From an uncultured Candidatus Saccharibacteria bacterium (GTDB lineage Bacteria > Patescibacteriota > Minisyncoccia > Phycocordibacterales > UBA918), in the NCBI GenBank assembly GCA_964493145.1, contig CAZBMV010000001.1:54623-118622 (forward strand): a DNA stretch of 64,000 nucleotides, read 5' to 3'. The translations under genes were made by a program, and so were the position numbers. Below, one piece after another: positions 57,074 through 64,000 of the stretch; position 1 is the first letter of the stretch; every line of letters begins with the position of its first letter. The notes beneath the pieces were generated by a model, which was given only the letters and a program-made list of their open reading frames with translations, was not told the origin of the DNA and searched no databases.

Positions 57074-57664
57074 CTATTTTTTGTTCTGAATAAAAAACAG
57101 TGCGGTGGCGGTTACGGCACCGAGCGTATCGGCGAGCATGTCTTTCTGCGCGTCCCACATGTCGCCTTGACTTCCGAGGTACGCCGCGCCAAGTTCAGGT
57201 GCGGCGTTTGCGGCATACAGCCACTCTATGAGTTCGTATCCCATCGCGATTGTCGCAATGGTGAAAATGGGATAGGTAAAGAGGAGAAAACGATTCGCAA
57301 CAAGTTTCTTTACAGAGAGCCACTCGGCAATCGCGTACGCATAGAACCCAACCGAAAAGTGCGCAATCCGGTCAAAGTGGTTTCGCTCAAAATCAAAGAG
57401 GTCGGTAACAAAGCCGAAGGGAACCTGTGCAAACGTCCAGTGCCCGCCGATGGTGTGGAGGTAGATGAGCACAAACATGAGCCCGTACGCCGCCTTTGAA
57501 AACGTCACACCGCGCGCATAGAGAATCAAAATAATTCCGACGATGATCCACACCGTAAGATTTTCAACAAACCACGTCGCGCGGTCGGTGGGGTGGAATG
57601 CGAGAACGGTAAAGAGAATAGAATAAATGATAAGCAGTGTTCGTAAAAAAGTATGTTGAAGCAT
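57074..57664 (-). CDS. DUF2238/YjdF-like membrane protein
   Basis: W.VEN, LHTIGGHWTFAQVP, RNHFDRIAHF, LGSQGDMWDAQKDM. Confidence 0.85.
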   Translation of the reverse strand: MLQHTFLRTLLIIYSILFTVLAFHPTDRATWFVENLTVWIIVGIILILYARGVTFSKAAYGLMFVLIYLHTIGGHWTFAQVPFGFVTDLFDFERNHFDRIAHFSVGFYAYAIAEWLSVKKLVANRFLLFTYPIFTIATIAMGYELIEWLYAANAAPELGAAYLGSQGDMWDAQKDMLADTLGAVTATALFFIQNKK

Positions 57665-57777
57665 GCTTGTAGTATATAACGCCGCCAGCCACTTTTTATA
57701 ATAAAACCGCAAGCCATTCGGGCTTTTTCTTTTTCAACGGTCAGTACTTTCTCTCCCAAAAAATTAGGAAAATCACA

Positions 57778-57815
57778 TTTATACCATAACGCGCATATGC
57801 GCGTTATGGTATAAA
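57778..57815. repeat. 38-bp perfect palindrome (family copy D)
   Basis: TTTATACCATAACGCGCATATGCGCGTTATGGTATAAA. Confidence 0.93.
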
Positions 57816-57821
57816 CGGTGG

Positions 57822-58601
57822 TTACGGGAGTTTGATATGTTTTGGTTTCTCAAATTCCCCGCGAGTCCGTTCCCAGAGTATCTCAAAGATGTCTTTCATT
57901 GCGCGGGCGAGCTTTTCACTTTCAATAATGAGTGCTTGCTTTGAACCTGGGATAACAATGCGGACTCCCCATTCAAACATCTCAAACGAAGTATCTGCCG
58001 CATAGAGATTTGTTGGGAGAAAGCGTGCAACTATGCCACCGTCACCGGTGAGAAATTTTTCATACGATGCAAGCGAGGCGTCATCAGGAGTAAAGGCACG
58101 TACCGCGATGTTGTGTTTTTGCTTATATTCATTCCACGGTAAAAAAACAGATTTCTCAAGTTCAACATCAACATCGGTTGCACGTGCAAAAAACCCGACG
58201 ATTTCTTTCCCGTGAAATTCTTTGAGGCGGTAGTCGTATGCCTGCTTGAGACCATCAGTTCCCTCAAAGTAGAGGATATTCGGCTTTTCACTGGTTTTTC
58301 GTTGAAGCGCCATGAGTTCCGGAAGTGCGCGCTTCACCGAGCGGAGTTTCTGTTCGGCGTCCTCAACATACGCTTCCGGTGATCGTGCCATGTATAGTTT
58401 ATTTTTCTCTCCGGTCACCTGTATGATGAGTCCTTTCTCAACAAGTTCCTCTGCGATGACGTAGGCGGTCGGCCGCTTGAGCCGCGCACGCTTGGCGATT
58501 TTATAAGGAGTTGATGGACCAAGTTCAAGGAGCGCGAGGTACACACGTGCCGCTTTATCACTCAAGTTTAGATTCTTCAGTTGTTCAACGAGATCTTCCA
58601 T
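57822..58601 (-). CDS. TrmB family transcriptional regulator
   Basis: LSDKAARVYLALLELG...IAKRARLKRPTAY...LVEKGL; YFEG..G; FEILW. Confidence 0.88.
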   Translation of the reverse strand: MEDLVEQLKNLNLSDKAARVYLALLELGPSTPYKIAKRARLKRPTAYVIAEELVEKGLIIQVTGEKNKLYMARSPEAYVEDAEQKLRSVKRALPELMALQRKTSEKPNILYFEGTDGLKQAYDYRLKEFHGKEIVGFFARATDVDVELEKSVFLPWNEYKQKHNIAVRAFTPDDASLASYEKFLTGDGGIVARFLPTNLYAADTSFEMFEWGVRIVIPGSKQALIIESEKLARAMKDIFEILWERTRGEFEKPKHIKLP

Positions 58602-58844
58602 ATAGCGCACATGGTACTACAGAGTAATATTATAGTCAATAAAATTGACAAATACAAACTAAAGCACAAATTATCCTTATGATAAAACAAAAAATAAAGA
58701 AAGCAGATAAAATAGATAGTCAGATATATTGACGAGAATGATACCGTGTGGTAGTATATACGCAGATGATACGGAAGTATCAAGAACTTTGAATCCGCGA
58801 AATTCTTCGCACCGCACCTCGGGCACTGGGGTAAGGAGAGACAA

Positions 58845-59105
58845 ATGGATATCTACTTGGTAAGGAATACATACGGATGGGATGGCGCCGAGATGTGGGG
58901 GCGAACTGTCGGCGATGTGGCACACGGACCTGTTGGTGTGTTTTTCACCCCAGAACTTGCCGCAGATGCCTGCATCGCCATGAGAATGAAATTCGTTTTC
59001 TCCGGCGATTGGTCATATCCCGAAATCCGTCCTGAATGGAAAGATTGGTTTGACGACAAATACCATAATGTTTACATAGAAAAATGGAACATTATGGGTT
59101 CGTAA
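58845..59105 (+). CDS. Hypothetical protein (86 aa)
   Basis: AAGGAGA SD before ATG. Confidence 0.55.
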   Translation: MDIYLVRNTYGWDGAEMWGRTVGDVAHGPVGVFFTPELAADACIAMRMKFVFSGDWSYPEIRPEWKDWFDDKYHNVYIEKWNIMGS

Positions 59106-59378
59106 TCAATCTTTCCACGCAGACCCCAGTCTGACTGCGTGTAATAAATGAATGGGACGCTCGTAGAGAATACAAGTACGAGCATGGTGGGGCATAAAAG
59201 ACCGAACCCCTTCCAAAAGCTTTTCCGGTAGATACGCTTAGACTACCCGTTCGCCCTTACGTGAAAGTGGTCTGGCGAGTTGAGTGAATTCACCTCCTCG
59301 CCATCTTTATACAGTTTTTAAGGAAACTTGAAAACTTTTAGAGATTTGTTCCTTCAAAATCAACCTGAGGAGACGAAC

Positions 59379-59651
59379 ATGAGTGAACAGCAACCGAGAA
59401 TGAGCGTTTCGGGAACCATTGTTGAGGTTCTCAACGAGGGGCTTGCCACCTTCAAGGTGAAGACGAAACTGGGTTTCGCATTCGTCTGGGTGTGGGAGGA
59501 AGTTGAAGTGAACTTCCGCGTCGGTTCGGCCTTTGAGGTCACCGATGCGCCGGTCACATTTGACGGCGGCTACCCCATAGCGACAATCAAGCCCGGTACC
59601 ATGTTCTTCCTCAACGGAACGAGGTACGAGACACATGACCCCGAGGCCTAA
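59379..59651 (+). CDS. Hypothetical protein (90 aa, beta-rich)
   Basis: GAGGAGA SD before ATG at 59379. Confidence 0.55.
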   Translation: MSEQQPRMSVSGTIVEVLNEGLATFKVKTKLGFAFVWVWEEVEVNFRVGSAFEVTDAPVTFDGGYPIATIKPGTMFFLNGTRYETHDPEA

Positions 59652-59751
59652 CATGGAGCAGGTTCCGAGGCGACCTGAACAAAACGTCTCAAACAACACG
59701 CCCGAATGGTGGAATCACTTTCACCCTTCGGGCTTTTTCTTTTTGGGCACG

Positions 59752-59785
59752 TATACCATAAGTTCCGATCGGAACTTATGGTATA
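59752..59785. repeat. 34-bp perfect palindrome (family copy E)
   Basis: TATACCATAAGTTCCGATCGGAACTTATGGTATA. Confidence 0.93.
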
Positions 59786-59910
59786 AATATTTTTTGTGGA
59801 ATCTTAAGTGCAAACCGTTACACGTCCCGCGTATCCTACGCACACCCGTATGTCTATTGACGGTAATATATAAATTTGCTACACTTTATATACAGTAAAT
59901 TCATATATTT

Positions 59911-61053
59911 ATGAAACCAATAATTAAGCGATTTTACACGAGCAAAATCAATTCCCTTCTTGAACCCGGCAAGGTGCTTGTGGTGTACGGACCGCGTCAG
60001 GTTGGGAAAACGACACTCATTCATGGGTTCCTTGAGGGGTATGAGGGAAGGGTGTACCAAGGAACCGGCGAGAACGCTCCTCTCGCCGAAGTGCTTGAGT
60101 CACACGACGTGGCAAAGATAACGTCGTATTTCAGTGGGTACGACCTCATCTTTATAGATGAGGCACAACGGATAGAGAAGATCGGTCTCGCACTCAAACT
60201 CATTGTCGACCATCTTCCTCATGTGCGTGTCATCGCGACCGGCTCATCGTCGTTCGAACTCTCAAACAAGATTGGCGAACCACTCGTTGGAAGACAGCGC
60301 ATTGTCACACTGTTTCCGCTCTCCGTCATGGAACTCGTCGGACATTTCGGCGGAGCATTCCCGCATGAACGGCTCGGTGAGCTTCTCGTTTTCGGCGCGT
60401 ACCCTGAGGTACTCACCACGCTGTCGCTTGAGAAGAAAAAAGAAACCCTCGCGCTCCTCCGTGACGGGTATCTGTATCGAGACATTCTGGAGCTTGAGAA
60501 TCTGCGCAACAGCAAAAAGGTACTCGACCTTCTTCGACTCATCGCGTTTCAGATCGGGAAAGAGGTGTCAATTCAAGAACTTGGAACGATGCTCGGCATG
60601 AGTCGGAAAACGGTTGAACGGTACCTGGATCTTTTGGAGAAGGCGTTTGTCCTGTTTAATGTGCGCGGATTTTCAAGGAACCTTCGCAATGAAGTGACGA
60701 AGACATCGCGGTACTACTTCTACGATATCGGCGTTCGCAACGCGGTGATTGATAATTTTAACGCCATCAACGTTCGCTCGGGTGATGATGTCGGCATGCT
60801 CTGGGAAAACTTTGTCATCGCTGAGCGCATGAAAAAAAGAATGTACCACGGCATTCACGCCAACATGCATTTTTGGCGCACATGGCAGCAGCAGGAGATC
60901 GACCTCGTGGAAGAGCGCGATGGAAAATTGTTCGGATATGAACTGAAGTATGCAAAACGTAAAACAAAAATTCCGCCACAGTGGAGGGAAACGTACCCCG
61001 CCGCCTTTTTTGAAACAATCAGTACGGACAACTATCTTCCGTTCATTACGTGA
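59911..61053 (+). CDS. AAA+ ATPase (AAA_14 plus DUF4143, C-terminal PD-(D/E)xK-like motif)
   Basis: GPRQVGKTT, IDEAQ, TGSS, YFYDIGVRN, FWRT...EIDLV...ELK. Confidence 0.9.
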   Translation: MKPIIKRFYTSKINSLLEPGKVLVVYGPRQVGKTTLIHGFLEGYEGRVYQGTGENAPLAEVLESHDVAKITSYFSGYDLIFIDEAQRIEKIGLALKLIVDHLPHVRVIATGSSSFELSNKIGEPLVGRQRIVTLFPLSVMELVGHFGGAFPHERLGELLVFGAYPEVLTTLSLEKKKETLALLRDGYLYRDILELENLRNSKKVLDLLRLIAFQIGKEVSIQELGTMLGMSRKTVERYLDLLEKAFVLFNVRGFSRNLRNEVTKTSRYYFYDIGVRNAVIDNFNAINVRSGDDVGMLWENFVIAERMKKRMYHGIHANMHFWRTWQQQEIDLVEERDGKLFGYELKYAKRKTKIPPQWRETYPAAFFETISTDNYLPFIT

Positions 61054-61080
61054 TGAGGGCGAACGATGTTTTGAAACGTT

Positions 61081-61206
61081 CTAGAACTCATTTCAAACCC
61101 CATCTGCTTTGTTGCGTTCGTCGCTCAAACACTCATCGTATATTGAATACGCCTCGTGTTCTCGCTTCTCCGCGTCTCGCATCTTAGGTTTTGAAATGAG
61201 TTCTAG
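61081..61206. mobile_element. MITE-like element, copy 3
   Basis: TIR CTAGAACTCATTTCAAA / TTTGAAATGAGTTCTAG; core shared with 31910-32031. Confidence 0.7.
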
Positions 61207-61283
61207 GTCTTCATTCTGAAGCTGGGCGCTTCAAGCACGTGTGACTCTTTCAGTGCATCGGATTCTTCAAGGTCGGCTATCGT
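61203..61283 (-). pseudogene. Displaced duplicate of the comM 3' end
   Basis: Translates TIADLEESDALKESHVLEAPSFRMKT*, versus comM end TIADLDDSPDLKEAHVLEALHYRAKT* (17/26 identical). Confidence 0.8.
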
Positions 61284-61389
61284 GAGAAAGTCCGGGGGAC
61301 TTTCGCAAGAGGTTGTCGACAAATTTTGGTTTGTGTAAACCAAAATTTGTCATACAACCTGAACAGGTTCTGTAAGAAAGATAGCCGAC

Positions 61390-62913
61390 CTATGTTTTGG
61401 CGCGATAGTGGAGTGCTTCAAGAACGTGCGCTTCCTTGAGGTCGGGCGAATCGTCCAAGTCAGCGATTGTCTGCGAAACTTTAATGAGGCGATGGTAACT
61501 TCGCGGGGAGAGTCCAAGTTTTTCTGCTGAGCGCTTGAGAAGGTCGCGAACCGCGGGTGTCATGTGCACGCGTTCATCAATATCACGTGACGACATTTCT
61601 CCGTTTGCGTTGATGCCACTTCCCCTGAATCGCTCGTACTGGCGTTTGCGCGCGTGCATGATTTGTTCACGTGCACGGTCAGTTTCACCACGAGTTCCAG
61701 GAGAGGATACCCTCTTTTCCGTGAGCGTATTGTAGTCAACGTGCGGTACCGAGAGCCAGAGATCAATACGGTCAAGAATTGGCCCGGAAATTTTGTGCTT
61801 GTACGTTTGGAGCATCTGTTGCGTGTAGTCGCCGCGCTCATCGCCACCGCGAGTTGGGTTCATTGCCGCGACGAGAATAAAATCTGCGGGAAAAAGTGCG
61901 CTCGCCTGAACACGAGAAATGGACACGACCCTGTCCTCAAGCGGTTGACGGAGCGCATCTATCGCACGTCGCTCAAATTCGGGAAACTCATCCAGAAAGA
62001 GCACCCCCTTATGGGCGAGGGTCACCTCTCCCGGACGCGGGTGCGTACCGCCACCGACGAGCGCGGTGTATGACGCGGTGTGATGTGGTGCACGAAAGGG
62101 CGGGCAGAGTGAAACGCTCTCCCCAGTTCCTGCAACCGAGTGAATGGAAGTCACCTCGAGCGCCTCTTCGCGCGTGAGTGGCGGAAGAATTCCTCGGAGT
62201 GCTCTCGCGAGCATCGTCTTCCCCGTCCCCGGTGGACCGACCATGATGACGTTGTGCCTCCCGGCGGCAGCGATCATAAGTCCGCGCTTCGCAGACTCTT
62301 GCCCGCGAACGTCTTCAAGACGGACGGCACTTTCACTCCAGAGTGTCTCAATTTGGGTTGGTGGTATTTCGGGTATGCGTGCGTGATCATCACGCGTCGT
62401 ATCAATGTGCCTGATAACCTCGGTGAGCGTGCGCGCAGGCGTGATGCGTATTCCTGAAATGAGTGCCGCCTCCTCTCTGTTCTCATAGGGGACAACGACT
62501 TCGGAAAAGTGTGCGGATAGCGCTTTGCGCACAATGGGGAGGACACCGCGTACCGGGCGGAGTGTACCATCAAGGGAGAGTTCACCAATGAAGCAGATAC
62601 TTGAGACATCGGCGCGCAGTTCTTCTTTCGCCATGAGGTACGAAATCGCAATGGGCAAATCAAAGAGAGGACCTTCCTTCTTGAGGTCTGCGGGAGCGAG
62701 CGAAATAACCACTTTGTGATTCTCGCCCTTTGGTGCGGAGAAGCCGGAATTCTTAAGGGCGCTGTTCACCCTGTCGCGCGCTTCCTCCACCGCCTTCCCC
62801 GGAAGACCGACAATGGTAAACGCAAACAGACCTCGCGAGAGGTCTGTCTCCACCGTAACGATGTCGGCGCTCGTGAGCGAAGGCTGTGCGGAGTGAACAC
62901 GTGCGATCGCCAT
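61390..62913 (-). CDS. comM: YifB/ComM Mg-chelatase-like AAA+ ATPase
   Basis: IVGLP..AV.EARDRV, LAPADLKKEG, GPPGTGKT, PFRAPHH, PGEVTLAH.GVLFLDE, LSPRSY. Confidence 0.93.
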   Translation of the reverse strand: MAIARVHSAQPSLTSADIVTVETDLSRGLFAFTIVGLPGKAVEEARDRVNSALKNSGFSAPKGENHKVVISLAPADLKKEGPLFDLPIAISYLMAKEELRADVSSICFIGELSLDGTLRPVRGVLPIVRKALSAHFSEVVVPYENREEAALISGIRITPARTLTEVIRHIDTTRDDHARIPEIPPTQIETLWSESAVRLEDVRGQESAKRGLMIAAAGRHNVIMVGPPGTGKTMLARALRGILPPLTREEALEVTSIHSVAGTGESVSLCPPFRAPHHTASYTALVGGGTHPRPGEVTLAHKGVLFLDEFPEFERRAIDALRQPLEDRVVSISRVQASALFPADFILVAAMNPTRGGDERGDYTQQMLQTYKHKISGPILDRIDLWLSVPHVDYNTLTEKRVSSPGTRGETDRAREQIMHARKRQYERFRGSGINANGEMSSRDIDERVHMTPAVRDLLKRSAEKLGLSPRSYHRLIKVSQTIADLDDSPDLKEAHVLEALHYRAKT

Positions 62914-62922
62914 ACCCTTTTA

Positions 62923-63294
62923 CTACGCGAGCGTCCCCTCTTCTTCGCGGTGCGCGATGCACGTGCGCGCAGTAGGATTTATCATGAGACGCTTCTCTTC
63001 AATTGCGCCTCCACAAATTTCACACGCACCGAATTTCCCCTCTTCAATTTTTGCGAGCGCGCGAAGGATGCCGTTGTATCGCTTCTCAAGCACCGCGACG
63101 AGTGCGGTGCGTTCATCCCACGCCTCCACACTGTCGGCGGCGAGATTTTGGTCCGGCTCTTCCGCATCCAATTCTTCGGGAACCGCAATCCAGTCGCTCG
63201 GATTTTCCGGGTTGTGAATGCCAATGACGGAAAGTTCATTGGTAATGTCCGCAAGCATTCCTTGAAGTTGTGTTTTGTAGTCGTGTGTACTCAT
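62923..63294 (-). CDS. TraR/DksA family zinc-finger protein
   Basis: RALAKIEEGKFGACEICG..I...RL..NP.ARTCIAH. Confidence 0.88.
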   Translation of the reverse strand: MSTHDYKTQLQGMLADITNELSVIGIHNPENPSDWIAVPEELDAEEPDQNLAADSVEAWDERTALVAVLEKRYNGILRALAKIEEGKFGACEICGGAIEEKRLMINPTARTCIAHREEEGTLA

Positions 63295-63324
63295 GGTAAA
63301 AAGTATACCACTTTTCAGAATCTA

Positions 63325-64000
63325 TTAGAATCGTTCTATGATTTCTGTGAGCGCGCCACTTCCCGCTGTAATCACAACGGTGTCTTGGTTAACGAACGAG
63401 TATACGACAACCTCGTTCCCCACGTCGTCATAGAGGACGCGGGCGGGTTTGTTGTTCACAATCGTGTCCCTGAAGAACATGCTCGTAATCGGCGACGAGG
63501 AGGTAAAGAGCGGCGTGAGGTCGGCAAACATGTACTTTTCCCACGTGAGAAGTCCCACAAAGAGTGCGTCAAAGTTGTACGATCTGATGACGATGAACGG
63601 AACTTTTTCATTCATGGCAACGCCACCAATCATGAGGGCTGGTTCAAGTGCGCGTATTGTTTCTTCACTGAGCCGTGTCCCGAGGAAAGCAAACAACTCC
63701 TCTGCAGTCGCAACGTGTGAAACGGGATCACCCATCACGACCGGGTAGAGTTGAACCGACGCGTGAGAAGAATGCGCAACTTCATTTTTAAGTGCGGTGA
63801 GAAACGAAACAGGGTCAGATTCAAGTGCGATTGAAAGTTGCTCCTCGGTTTTGAAAAAGGCGGGAATGGTGAGTGTCTCTTGTGCACCGTCACCGGTCTC
63901 ACCGCGGAACAGCATGACGGATACGCTCGCGCCAATCGCGAGAATAATTCCCACAACAACGGCACCCCCGAGCATCATCCATGTTGTTTGGGAAAGTTCA
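63325..64000 (-). CDS. Hypothetical membrane-anchored protein (5' end probably outside the window)
   Basis: Open frame with a TM segment and LLTWE...L.PLF, F.D..V.N...RVL motifs. Confidence 0.65.
   Translation of the reverse strand, partial: ELSQTTWMMLGGAVVVGIILAIGASVSVMLFRGETGDGAQETLTIPAFFKTEEQLSIALESDPVSFLTALKNEVAHSSHASVQLYPVVMGDPVSHVATAEELFAFLGTRLSEETIRALEPALMIGGVAMNEKVPFIVIRSYNFDALFVGLLTWEKYMFADLTPLFTSSSPITSMFFRDTIVNNKPARVLYDDVGNEVVVYSFVNQDTVVITAGSGALTEIIERF

Noticed and set aside
59911-61053. Novel defence system ATPase
   Set aside because: AAA_14/DUF4143 proteins are widespread stand-alone genes and no partner defence gene is adjacent.

Overview
Chromosomal window spanning the replication origin of what is very likely a Patescibacteria/CPR (Parcubacteria-like) genome. 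The taxonomy is inferred from the reduced gene set, the pilMNO operon, the PrgI/VirB4/pilin locus and the PaaX-like and TrmB-like regulators. Housekeeping genes: nrdA (partial), mscL, rplS, uppS, ruvA/B/C, yqgF, rpsT, murE, polA, holA, tsaE, tyrS, PBP1A, dnaN, dnaA, rpmH, rnpA, yidC, rsmA, uvrD/pcrA, comM, plus eight tRNAs. The unexplained signal is mostly non-coding. (1) Five perfect palindromes share the frame TATAyyATAA-N14-TTATrrTATA; two of them bracket a PaaX/Cas2-like gene. (2) Seven copies of a covarying structured element (stem, RWACHG, short stem with a TGTAA loop) lie beside duplicated or inverted 3' ends of five tRNA genes and of comM. (3) Also present: a hairpin repeat array after tRNA-Lys, three ~125-bp MITE-like elements sitting in stop codons, an in-frame palindrome inside rsmA and two candidate structured ncRNAs. 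All calls were made by eye from the sequence and the ORF track; no database search was run.
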